Positions 39,767-49,028 of a DNA stretch of 64,000 bases are shown here, one piece after another. The stretch is taken from NCBI GenBank assembly GCA_963842525.1, contig CAWJGT010000023.1, positions 32,001 through 96,000 on the forward strand, in the 5' to 3' direction. This DNA comes from an uncultured Holophagales bacterium (GTDB lineage Bacteria; Acidobacteriota; Thermoanaerobaculia; Multivoradales; UBA5704). A model generated the notes under the pieces. The model was not told the origin of the DNA, searched no databases, and worked only from the letters and a program-made list of their open reading frames with translations. The position numbers and the translations under genes were made by a program. Numbering within the stretch: the first letter of the stretch is position 1; each line of letters starts with the position of its first letter.

Positions 39767-42268
39767 ATGAAAAGCTGCGGCATCGACCTGGGCACGACCA
39801 ACAGTTGCATCTTCGTCGTGGAGGGCGAGGGCAACCGCCTCATCAGCGACGATCAGGGGAATTCGATCTTCCCTTCCGCCGTCTATATCAGCCGCAACGG
39901 CATGCGGAGCGTGGGGGTGACGGCGCGCAACCGCATGGGCGAGCAGCCGCCGCCGGTGGTCGCGGTCAAGCGGAAGATGGGCTCGACCGAGACGGTCACC
40001 CTGGGTGGCAAGGAATGGACTCCGGTCGAGGTTTCGGCGGCGATCCTCTCCTTCCTCAAGGAACTGGCCGAAACGCAGACCGGCGCGGTGATCGACCGGG
40101 CCGTGGTGACGGTGCCGGCCTATTTCAATCACATCCAGCGGCAGCAGACGGACGAGGCCGGCAAGGCGGCGGGGTTCCGCAAATTGGTCACCCTGCTGGA
40201 GCCGGTCGCCGCCGCCCTGGCCTATTCCCTGGCCAGCGAGCGCGACACGCTGCGGGTGTTCGTCTATGACCTGGGCGGCGGGACCTTCGACGCCACGCTG
40301 CTGGAAAAGGACCCGCAAGGCGGCATCAGCGTCCTGGCGTTCGGCGGCGATCCCTTCCTGGGCGGCGAGGACGTGGACGCCCGGCTCGCCCGCGTGCTCC
40401 TCCAGAAGCTGACCGAGCGGGGCTATCGCCTGGAGCTCGACCTCGGGCACCCGGAAGATGCAAGCCGCTTCCAGCGCCTGAAGTTCTACGCCGAGCTGGC
40501 GAAAAAGGAGCTGTCCGAAAAAGAGGAAGCCAGCCTCGTCCGCCAGGGACTGTTCGAGGACCAGAAGGGTGAGACCGTCGATCTGGACCTCACCGTCACC
40601 CGGCACGAGCTCGAAGCCTGCGCCGAAGACCTGATCCAGCGCAGCATCGACGAGTCCCTGGCGACCCTTGAAAAAGGGGGCGTGCCGCTCTCTTCGCTCG
40701 ACGAGGTCATCCTGGTGGGAGGTATGTCCCGCATGCCGCTGGTGCAGCGCAGGGTCGCCGAGGCTTTTCAAAAGCAGCCCCGGCTGGTGGACCCGGACCT
40801 GATCGTCGCCCGCGGCGCCGCTCTCAAGGCGGCGGAGGTGTTCGGCGAGCAGGCCGTCGCAGGCTCCGGGCTGCGCCTGGAGCTGCACTATGACCGCAAC
40901 ACCGAGCAGGACCGCGTGCGGATCGGCGGCCTGCTCGACCGGCCGCTCTCCGGCCACACCATCTTTCTCCTCGGCGGCCCGGACGAGCTCGTTCAGCCGA
41001 TCGAAGGCACGGACCGCTTCAGCTTCGAGAACGTGCTCCTGGCCCCGGACGCGGAAAACGTTTTCACACTCTCGATCGAAGACGCCCGGGAAAACCTTGT
41101 CCTGGAGCACGAGGTCAGGATCGTCCACAGCGCCTCGGCCCGCCGCATCCTGCGCTCGCCGGGCTCGGTGGTGACGAAACCGATCGCAGTCTGGACGGTC
41201 GACGGCCGCCAGGTGCTGCTGTCGGAGAATACGGCGCTCCCCCACAGCGTGTCCCACACGTTCGAGACGGCCGACCAGGGAGGCCGGATCGTCGTGCCCA
41301 TCTGGGAAGGCAACCACGAGGTCACCCGCATGGAGATCGAAGACATCCCCCGCGACCTCAAGGTCGGCACGCACGTCGTGGTGAGCGTTCAGATTCATTC
41401 CGACTACCGGATCGAGGCCGTGGCCACGGTGCCCGAGATCGAACGCTCGGTGCAGATCGACTTCCGCATCGAGCCGGTGGACACCGCGAAGATCACACCG
41501 GACTTCGTGCGCCGCGAGCTCGCCGCCCTCGAAGAGCAGGCGCGCGCTGCTGAAGCGGAATGCCCCGGCGAAAGAGCGCGCGACATGTTCCGGGTGCAAC
41601 TCACCTCGCTCAAAGACCAGATCGACAAGGAGCTCGAGGAGCCCGAGCCCCAACGGAGCCGGCTCCACGAGAAGCTGAGCGAGATGCGTGCGCTGATCGC
41701 ATCCCTGCCGAAGAAGGACGCGGGCGCTCCGCTCGATCCCGCCTTTGAGGAATTCAGCAGCCGGTTGGCGGACGTTCTGAGCACAGCCATCGAAAATGAG
41801 CATCCCAATCTGCCGCAGGTCCGGCCGCAGATCGAGGCGCTGCGGGAGCGGGCAAAAGAGGTCTGGAAGAGCCGGGATGCCATTGCCTGGCGCCGCGTCC
41901 AGGAGCAGCTCGGGGCCATCGCCAGGAAACTCATGCCGGAGATGAGCCCGGAAGAGAGGGCCCTCCACATGGCGGCATGGTTGATCGTCGACCAGCTCCC
42001 GAGCCTCGAAGCGGCCTCCGGAGGGGCTCTGGCGTCACAGGTCCAGGCGATCCGGAGCGAGATCGAAGAGGTCTTCCTCTCGCTCCAGCTCCTGGGAATG
42101 GACCCGCAGGAGGCGATCCAGAAGCTCCTGACTCTCTATCGGGAAAGCATCCAGCCCCTGCGGCGGAAGCTGGGCCTGGACGCGACCGCCGAGGTCGGAA
42201 TGGCCGATCCCTCGGCTTTGAAAGGTTTTGTACGCGGACGCAAGCCGGCCCTGGAGGGAAGGGCGTGA
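39767..42268 (+). CDS. atypical Hsp70 (DnaK-like) protein B
   Basis: RBS GAAGGAG; GIDLGTTNS, VTVPAYF, LEPVAAA, YDLGGGTFD, ILVGGMSRMP; same architecture as Hsp70 A. Confidence 0.92.
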   Translation: MKSCGIDLGTTNSCIFVVEGEGNRLISDDQGNSIFPSAVYISRNGMRSVGVTARNRMGEQPPPVVAVKRKMGSTETVTLGGKEWTPVEVSAAILSFLKELAETQTGAVIDRAVVTVPAYFNHIQRQQTDEAGKAAGFRKLVTLLEPVAAALAYSLASERDTLRVFVYDLGGGTFDATLLEKDPQGGISVLAFGGDPFLGGEDVDARLARVLLQKLTERGYRLELDLGHPEDASRFQRLKFYAELAKKELSEKEEASLVRQGLFEDQKGETVDLDLTVTRHELEACAEDLIQRSIDESLATLEKGGVPLSSLDEVILVGGMSRMPLVQRRVAEAFQKQPRLVDPDLIVARGAALKAAEVFGEQAVAGSGLRLELHYDRNTEQDRVRIGGLLDRPLSGHTIFLLGGPDELVQPIEGTDRFSFENVLLAPDAENVFTLSIEDARENLVLEHEVRIVHSASARRILRSPGSVVTKPIAVWTVDGRQVLLSENTALPHSVSHTFETADQGGRIVVPIWEGNHEVTRMEIEDIPRDLKVGTHVVVSVQIHSDYRIEAVATVPEIERSVQIDFRIEPVDTAKITPDFVRRELAALEEQARAAEAECPGERARDMFRVQLTSLKDQIDKELEEPEPQRSRLHEKLSEMRALIASLPKKDAGAPLDPAFEEFSSRLADVLSTAIENEHPNLPQVRPQIEALRERAKEVWKSRDAIAWRRVQEQLGAIARKLMPEMSPEERALHMAAWLIVDQLPSLEAASGGALASQVQAIRSEIEEVFLSLQLLGMDPQEAIQKLLTLYRESIQPLRRKLGLDATAEVGMADPSALKGFVRGRKPALEGRA

Positions 42269-42291
42269 CGTTCCGCAAGGAGGGTTGAGCG

Positions 42292-42651
42292 ATGCCTGCA
42301 TGCCCCTACGGTCCACACCGGCTCGTCCTCGACGAGCGCCTGTGCTGCCGCCATTGCGGCGAGGATCTCCGGCTCTACGCCGCTCTGCGCGATCTGCCGG
42401 TGAGCCTCTACAACGAGGCCCGCCGCCTGTGGGAGGAGGCCGCGCTCGTGGAGGCTGCGGCATGGCTCCACGCCGCCCTGGAGCTGCGGGAAGACTTTCC
42501 GGAGGCGCACTGGCTCCTCGCCGCGGTCGAGGCCCGGCAGGGCCGGCCGGAGAGCGCCAGGAGCCGGCTGGTCCGCGCGCGCGCGCTCGGAGCCGAAATC
42601 GATCCGGACTGGATCCCGCTCCCTCTACCCGAGGAGGTCGAGACCTCATGA
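42292..42651 (+). CDS. small zinc-ribbon-like plus TPR protein
   Basis: RBS AGGAGG; CPYGPH...CCRHCG followed by TPR helices (LYNEARRL, ALELREDFPEAHWLLA). Confidence 0.65.
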   Translation: MPACPYGPHRLVLDERLCCRHCGEDLRLYAALRDLPVSLYNEARRLWEEAALVEAAAWLHAALELREDFPEAHWLLAAVEARQGRPESARSRLVRARALGAEIDPDWIPLPLPEEVETS

Positions 42652-44373
42652 GCGTTCTCCTGGAGCCGAAAGCAGCACTGCGCGAATTGATCGTCGGAGC
42701 GGTCGACCGTCTCGACCCGTCCGGCATGGGGAACACCGCGCCAGGAGAAATCCGGCTCCTTCCAGAGCCTGCGGCCAGCACGCTCTCGATCGTGGACAGC
42801 GGCGCCGGCCTGTCCCTGGCGGAGGTGGAGGACCTGCTCGGCAATGCAGGCTCGGATACGGAAGGCTTCTGGGCCGGCCTGCTCGCCTGCCGGCGGCTCT
42901 GCTCCCGCCTGGAGGTCCTGACGCGGGCTTGCGACAGCGGAACCCGCATTCTCTTGACGGAGGACGGCGAGATCCGGATCGGCGCCGCCGAGATCGAGAG
43001 CCCGGGGACCGCAGTGCACCTCCAGCTCTGCCGGGAGCATTCCAGCCTCCTGACCGACGATCTGCTGACGCGACTGATCAAGAAATCCTGCGATTTCGTC
43101 CGCGTCCCCATCTATCTCGGCCGGGGCTGGGATCCGGTCAACCTCATGGACGCGCCCTGGTACCGTGAGATCCCGGACCTTCAGCTCAAGGGAGAGTTGG
43201 ATAGAACCCTTCAGATCCGCACGCTTGCCGCCTTCCCCTTCCAGATCTCCGACAATGCCGGCCCGCGCCTCCGCGGCACCCTCTACATCCGCTCCTGGCG
43301 GCATTCGGCCACTCTGCGCCTCTACTGCCGTCGCGTCTTCGTGGCTGCGGCCGAGGCCGACCTTCTGGGACCGGGGCTTCGTGAGCTGGTATCCGGCGTG
43401 ATCGACGCGGATGCCCCGTCGCGGGCCGAGAGCCGGCAGCTCCTGGAGCCGCGCTCCTCCCAGGGTGCATGGCTTCAATCGGTCCTGCTGCGGATCGTTG
43501 CGCAAGGATTTCTCGGGTTGGCCCGGCAGCGGAGAAAGCAGCTCCAGCAGCTCATGGACGATCACGGTCCGTCCATCAAGGCGGCCTGCCTGGCCTTCCC
43601 TGAAGAGCTGGGTGAGCTGCGCAACCACCTGCCCTACCGCACATCTCTGCGGGACGCCGCCACCCTCCCCGAAATCCTGGAGGGGCGGCCGGAGCGGACG
43701 GTCATCTACGCCGACGACTTCGACATCGCGGCCCCTCTGGTCCCGCTCTACCGCCGGACCAACACCGAGGTCGTTTACATGACGGCGCCGGCCGACGAAA
43801 GGCTCCGGGCGCAGTGGTCGATCGAAAGAGACGGGATCATGTTCCGGCGGGCCGATCTGGAGCCGCCGCTCCCTCCCGCGACCGGTGAGGAAGGTGCGCT
43901 CGCGGGGCGTCTCGAGCACCTGTTCCAAACCTCGATCGATCCCGGGCTCGCCGTCGAGCTCCGCGCACTCAGCCCTGACGCACCGCCCGCGATCCTCTCG
44001 ATATCCGACGAGGGCCGCCGGAAGCTGGAGATGCTCGCGGCGATCCGTTCCCGCCAGCAGCAGGGCCGCACCAACGAGCTGCCGCCGGAGACTCCGGCAT
44101 CTCGCCGAATCGGGAGCACTGGATACGACAACCATCCCCCAGAGGCTCATCCTCAACAGCTCCCATGGGATTGTGGCGCAATGCATCGCTGCCCTCGACG
44201 GGGCCGAGCTTCCTGACGACGGTCCCACGCTCCTTTTCGCCCGCTTCCTGCATGCGCAGGCCCTGCTCTCCGCCGGCTTACACCTCCCCCGCTCGCGAAT
44301 TGCGGAGCTGTCCCGCGCCATGACTGAATTGACGACCAACCTGCTGCCTCAGACCGAAAGGAGTGGAGCATGA
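42648..44373 (+). CDS. degenerate Hsp90/HtpG-like protein; apparent frameshift near 44091
   Basis: ATGA overlap; LRELIVGAVD (N-box Asn missing), DSGAGLS, PGTAVHL, VN...APW, LYCRRVFV; C-terminal LILNSSHGIV is in the shifted frame ending at 44373. Confidence 0.8.
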
Positions 44374-47072
44374 CGCTCAATACAGCGCAGATGGAATCCA
44401 GGTCGATCAACATCAACCTCAAGACGATTCTCCCGTCGCTGGCCAAGAACCTCTACGGCGACGACTGGCGGATCACCATCCGGGAGCTTTTGCAGAACTG
44501 TCACGATGCCATTGCGGAGCGTGCCTTTTGCAATCCCGGCGAGACCGAGGCGGCAAGAATCGACATCTTCCCCGATCCCACGCCCGGCATCTATACCCTG
44601 ACATTCAGGGACAATGGCATCGGCATGACCCTGCAGGAGGTGGAGGACAATCTGGCCACCGTGGGCGGTGATCACAAGAGCACAAAGATCGAGAAGCTTG
44701 CCCAGGCTGGTACGGCAGACCGCTCCGTGCTCGCGCAGCTCATCGGCCAGTACGGGATCGGCTTTCTCTCCTGCTTCATCATTGCGGATTCTGTCGAGGT
44801 GGTGACCCGGAGCCAGGCCGAAACATCGACCGGTGTGCGGGCCGTGTTCACCGGAGAAACCCGTTGGTTTTACAGTGACGAACCCAACGCAGCTCCCGGC
44901 ACCCAGATCACCTTACACCTGAAACGGAACGAAGCGATCCGCGATCCGGCGACGGGCAGGGAGATCCCTTTGCAGGAGCTTCTCAACTTCGAGCGGCTGA
45001 AGCAGGAGGTGCGGCGTTTCGGCGATCTCCTGCCCTATCCGGTCTACGTCCACCGCAGCCCGATGGACATCGCCGGTGATCTCTGCAACACCATGAAGGC
45101 GCCGTGGGAAAACCAGGCACAAGCGAGGGACGAGCTCCTGCGGTTCCTCCGGGACCGCCATCCCGGCGAGAACGAGCCCATATCGCCGATCGCCTTCAAC
45201 CTCGACCGCAACAAGGACAAAGTCAGTGCACAGGGTGTTTTCTATTTTCCCCGTACAGGGCAGGAAGCGAGCCGCTCGTCCGAATCCGTCGCCCAGGTCG
45301 AGCTTTTCTGCCGGCGGATGTTCATCACCCAGGACATCCCGGCCCTCCTGCCAACGTGGGCCAGCTTCGTCTGCGTCGTGGTCGAGTGCCCAGACATCGT
45401 TCCGACATTGAACCGCAACGACGTGATCCGCCACGGCAACGCCTTTGTAGAGCTCAAACATGCCCTGGGCCGCCACATCATCGAAAGCCTGCAGGTCCTG
45501 GCACAGCGCTACCCGAAAGACTTCGCTGATATCCAAGTGGAGCACCGCGAGCGCCTCTACCGCGGCTTCCTCTCCGACTTCAAGAGCACGCCCTCGAGGG
45601 AGGAGCATTTCTTCCGGACGCTCATCGACTACATACCCTTCACGGTTATCGACCGCACGAAGCCGGCTGGCGAGTCCATGACCCTGCGCAGATACCGCGA
45701 CGAATCAAGGAAGCGTAACACCCTGGCGAAGCCAAACGAGCCCACTCGGGATCAGATTTATTATCTGGATGCCTCCGAGGCAACGGGGCAATACAAGGCG
45801 ATGATCATGCAGCGCGACATCCCGGTGATCCTGGCGAATCATCCGGCGGAGCCCAGCCTCCTGCACGCCTACGGTTCTGCCTTCGGAAGCGAGGTCGAGG
45901 TGGAAGATGCGCGGGCGATCCTCAACCTGTACGTGGAGCCGGTCGAGCAGGCGCCTTACGAGGCCATGAAGCAGTTCCTCGCCAGCCTGGATGGCGGCGG
46001 GCCGGACGAGGTGAGCGCATCTCGTTTCGAGCCGAGCTACGTGCCGGCCATCCTGATCGTCAGCTCGGCGAGCTCCCCGGAGAGGGCCGAGGCGCTCGAA
46101 AGGCTTCTGCGGGAAGGAGCCCCCGTCCTCACGGGCAAGGTCCGCAGGATGATGGAAGACGAGATCATGGGCTCACGGACCGGCCGCGCCACGGTCAGCG
46201 CGGTGCTGAACGACAACAATCCGGTTGTGAAAAAAATACGGGACTATTGTGCGGAAGGAAAGCCCCTGACCGGGATCGTCGCCGATGTTCTCCACGAGAT
46301 CTATCATCTCGCCAGGGCATACAGCGACCGGGCCGCGGCGGAAAGCCCACATTTCTACGAGCACAGAAACATCCTTCTGGCCAGACTGCTGGAGACCGAG
46401 CAACAACTTGTCACGGTGCAGAGCGAGCGGGACCTGCTCGTGCTTGAGAAGCGCAAGTCTTTGGAGCCCCCCACTCGTATGGAGGCCCGAACCTGCGCGA
46501 TGCTCCTCACCGACCTGCGCGGTTCCTCCCGGATGGTGGGTTTCCTCGACAGCCTCCAGAGCGCGGAGATCCTGCAACAGTACGCCGGCGATGTCCAGGC
46601 GATCGTGGAAAAGCTCGGTGGAAAGATCGAGAAGTTCACCGGCGACGGCGTCTTCGCCCATTTCGCGCTGGATGGAGCAACCACTAAGGAGGTCATCGAA
46701 AAAGTGTCGGACTGCGCTCTCGAGATTCAGATGTTCACTAAGAAGTTCTTCTCCCGCGGCGAGGTCGCCGAGACGCTTCTCCATGCGGGCGGGATCCTGG
46801 TGGAAGGCTCCCGGACCCTTCTGCACGTGGCGCGGGTCATGTACGGCACGGTTGCCGGAGCTCCCGCCCTGGTGGGCAAGCAGGTCGTCGCCCTCTTCCG
46901 CGCCTGCGATCAGGACGAGCTCTTCGAGCAGTCCCCCATCGTGCTCTCGGAGCCCTTCCTCTTCAGTCTCAACCCCCTGCCCCAGCCGAAGCCGATCGCC
47001 ATGGACATGAAGCTCGACGCGAGCCTGCCGGGCATGAGCTTCTATCCGCACCCCAACTTCGTCCGGCCGTAG
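44370..47072 (+). CDS. Hsp90/HtpG-like GHKL ATPase fused to a class III adenylate/guanylate cyclase domain
   Basis: IRELLQNCHDA, DNGIGMT, IGQYGIGFLS, PGTQITL, LFCRRMFI, LNDNNPVV; coiled coil; then MLLTDLRGSS and IEKFTGDGVFA cyclase motifs. Confidence 0.88.
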   Translation: MTLNTAQMESRSININLKTILPSLAKNLYGDDWRITIRELLQNCHDAIAERAFCNPGETEAARIDIFPDPTPGIYTLTFRDNGIGMTLQEVEDNLATVGGDHKSTKIEKLAQAGTADRSVLAQLIGQYGIGFLSCFIIADSVEVVTRSQAETSTGVRAVFTGETRWFYSDEPNAAPGTQITLHLKRNEAIRDPATGREIPLQELLNFERLKQEVRRFGDLLPYPVYVHRSPMDIAGDLCNTMKAPWENQAQARDELLRFLRDRHPGENEPISPIAFNLDRNKDKVSAQGVFYFPRTGQEASRSSESVAQVELFCRRMFITQDIPALLPTWASFVCVVVECPDIVPTLNRNDVIRHGNAFVELKHALGRHIIESLQVLAQRYPKDFADIQVEHRERLYRGFLSDFKSTPSREEHFFRTLIDYIPFTVIDRTKPAGESMTLRRYRDESRKRNTLAKPNEPTRDQIYYLDASEATGQYKAMIMQRDIPVILANHPAEPSLLHAYGSAFGSEVEVEDARAILNLYVEPVEQAPYEAMKQFLASLDGGGPDEVSASRFEPSYVPAILIVSSASSPERAEALERLLREGAPVLTGKVRRMMEDEIMGSRTGRATVSAVLNDNNPVVKKIRDYCAEGKPLTGIVADVLHEIYHLARAYSDRAAAESPHFYEHRNILLARLLETEQQLVTVQSERDLLVLEKRKSLEPPTRMEARTCAMLLTDLRGSSRMVGFLDSLQSAEILQQYAGDVQAIVEKLGGKIEKFTGDGVFAHFALDGATTKEVIEKVSDCALEIQMFTKKFFSRGEVAETLLHAGGILVEGSRTLLHVARVMYGTVAGAPALVGKQVVALFRACDQDELFEQSPIVLSEPFLFSLNPLPQPKPIAMDMKLDASLPGMSFYPHPNFVRP

Positions 47073-47074
47073 AG

Positions 47075-47135
47075 CCCTCACCCCCTGTCCCCCTCTCCCA
47101 TCTCCCACCCGCCCTATCCCCGGGAGAGGGGGGAC
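47075..47135. repeat. REP-like palindrome
   Basis: CCCTCACCCCCTGTCCCCCTCTCCC...CCCGGGAGAGGGGG immediately after the operon's last stop codon. Confidence 0.8.
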
Positions 47136-47242
47136 GTTGCTCAAGCCACAGCGGCGAGCCCGCGCGAAAGGGACCATCTTGGAAGGCATGCCGGCATGGC
47201 TCTGTTAGAGTCTCCGGACTGAACGACCATGGAGAGCCACGC

Positions 47243-48928
47243 ATGACCCATCCGTTCTTCACCACCCCGCCCGCAGCCGGGCTCACTCTGCTCCTCGCCC
47301 TGGCCCTTCCCGCCGCCCTCGCGGCGCAGGCCCCGACCAGTGCGGCGGACCGCGCCGCCGCACAGATCGACCGGAGCAGCCTCGAAGGTCCGATCCGCTT
47401 CCTGGCGGACAACCTCCTCGAAGGCAGGGGACCGGCCAGCCGGGGCGACCTGCTGGCGCAGCTCTATCTCGCCACGACGCTCCAGTCCCTGGGCCTCGAG
47501 CCTGGCCTCGAGAACGGCTACGTGCAGCCGTTCGACATGGTGAGCGTCAACGCCGAGGTGCCCAAGGCCTGGGCCTTCCGCAAGGGCGGCCAGGATCTGA
47601 CTCTCAAGTACTGGGACCAGTACATCGCCGCCAGCGGCATCCAGGAGGACAGGTCCGCGATTGACGGCGCCGAAGTGGTCTTCGTAGGCTACGGCATCCA
47701 GGCGCCCGAGTACCAGTGGGACGACTACAAGGGGATGGACCTCAAGGGGAAGGTTCTGCTGATGCTGAACAACGACCCCGAGTCGGACCCCAAGCTCTTC
47801 GAGGGGAACCGCCGGCTGTACTACGGCCGCTGGGTCTACAAGTACGAGAGCGCGGCGCGGCAGGGGGCGGCCGGGGCGATCATCATCCACACCCAGCCGT
47901 CGGCCGGCTACGGCTGGCAGGTGGTGCAGAGCTCGTGGACCGGCCCGCAGTTCGAGCTGCCCGCCGAGGGCGAGCCGCGGACGCAGATCAGCGCCTGGGT
48001 CACCGAGGACGCCGCGCGGCAGCTCGCGAAGCTGGCCGGCAAGGACCTCGACGCGCTGGTGAAGCAGGCCCAGAGCCGGGACTTCCGTCCCGTGCCGCTG
48101 GGCGTGACCACTTCGCTCGCCGTCGCCAACAAGATCGAAAAGGTGCAGACCGCGAACGTGGCCGGTCTCCTGCGCGGCTCCGACCCGAAGCTCAAGGACG
48201 AGGTGGTGATCTACACAGCGCACCACGACCACCTGGGCATCGGCGAGCCGGACAAGGCAGGGGACAAGATCTACAACGGCGCCCTGGACAACGCGGCGGG
48301 CGTGGCGCAGGTACTGGCGATCGCCAAGGCCTTCACAGCCCTGCCGCAGAAGCCGCGGCGGTCGGTCCTCTTCCTGTTCGTGGCGGCCGAGGAGCAGGGC
48401 CTGCTGGGCTCGGAGTACTACGCCCGGCATCCGACCTTCCCGCCGGGCAGGATCGCCGCCAACGTCAACTTCGACGGCGGCGCCATCTGGGGGAGGGCGA
48501 CGGACCTGACCTACATCGGCTTCGGCAAATCCTCGCTGGACCAGGTGGTGAAATCCGCCGCCGCGAAGCAGGGCCGGACGGTCGTCGGCGATCAGTTCCC
48601 CGACAAAGGCTCCTTCTACCGCTCCGACCAGTTCAACTTCGCGAAGATCGGCGTCCCGGCGATCTACCTCGACGCCGGTACCCACCTCCAGGGCCGCTCA
48701 GAGGATTGGGGCCGGCAGCAGATGCAGGCCTGGGAGGACGCCCACTACCACCAGCCGAGCGACCAGCTCACGCCCGACTGGAGCTACGACGGCATGATCG
48801 ACGACGCCCGCCTGGGCTTCCAGGCCGGCCTGGAGATCGCCAACGCCGACAAGCTCCCCGCCTGGAACCCGGGCGACGAGTTCGAGGCGACAAGGAAGAA
48901 GGCGCTTGCGGAGGTGGGGGGACGGTAG
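47243..48928 (+). CDS. secreted M28 family metallopeptidase (PA domain)
   Basis: Signal peptide; LEGRG, VFVGYGI, AHHDHLG, NGALDNA, AEEQGLLGS, RSDQF, YHQPSD. Confidence 0.93.
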   Translation: MTHPFFTTPPAAGLTLLLALALPAALAAQAPTSAADRAAAQIDRSSLEGPIRFLADNLLEGRGPASRGDLLAQLYLATTLQSLGLEPGLENGYVQPFDMVSVNAEVPKAWAFRKGGQDLTLKYWDQYIAASGIQEDRSAIDGAEVVFVGYGIQAPEYQWDDYKGMDLKGKVLLMLNNDPESDPKLFEGNRRLYYGRWVYKYESAARQGAAGAIIIHTQPSAGYGWQVVQSSWTGPQFELPAEGEPRTQISAWVTEDAARQLAKLAGKDLDALVKQAQSRDFRPVPLGVTTSLAVANKIEKVQTANVAGLLRGSDPKLKDEVVIYTAHHDHLGIGEPDKAGDKIYNGALDNAAGVAQVLAIAKAFTALPQKPRRSVLFLFVAAEEQGLLGSEYYARHPTFPPGRIAANVNFDGGAIWGRATDLTYIGFGKSSLDQVVKSAAAKQGRTVVGDQFPDKGSFYRSDQFNFAKIGVPAIYLDAGTHLQGRSEDWGRQQMQAWEDAHYHQPSDQLTPDWSYDGMIDDARLGFQAGLEIANADKLPAWNPGDEFEATRKKALAEVGGR

Positions 48929-48970
48929 GAAACAGAGAGAGTCCGCTCCATTGGGCTCGGAGCAGACCGG

Positions 48971-48998
48971 AGGCGGCCGCAGGGCCGCCTTTTTCTTT
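48971..48998 (+). terminator. rho-independent terminator
   Basis: AGGCGGCC-GCAG-GGCCGCCT followed by TTTTCTTT. Confidence 0.75.
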
Positions 48999-49028
48999 GA
49001 ATCTGTTCGAAACGATCCGGCTTCAGGC

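Noticed and set aside
36776-44100. Programmed frameshifting or true pseudogenisation of the GrpE-like and Hsp90-like genes
   Set aside because: No slippery heptamers; similar indels hit unrelated genes at the same motifs, so sequencing error is more parsimonious, though unproven
36515-47072. Housekeeping grpE-dnaK-dnaJ/htpG heat-shock operon
   Set aside because: All members are strongly diverged, duplicated or fused; no hrcA, canonical DnaJ or DnaK linker motif; gene symbols withheld
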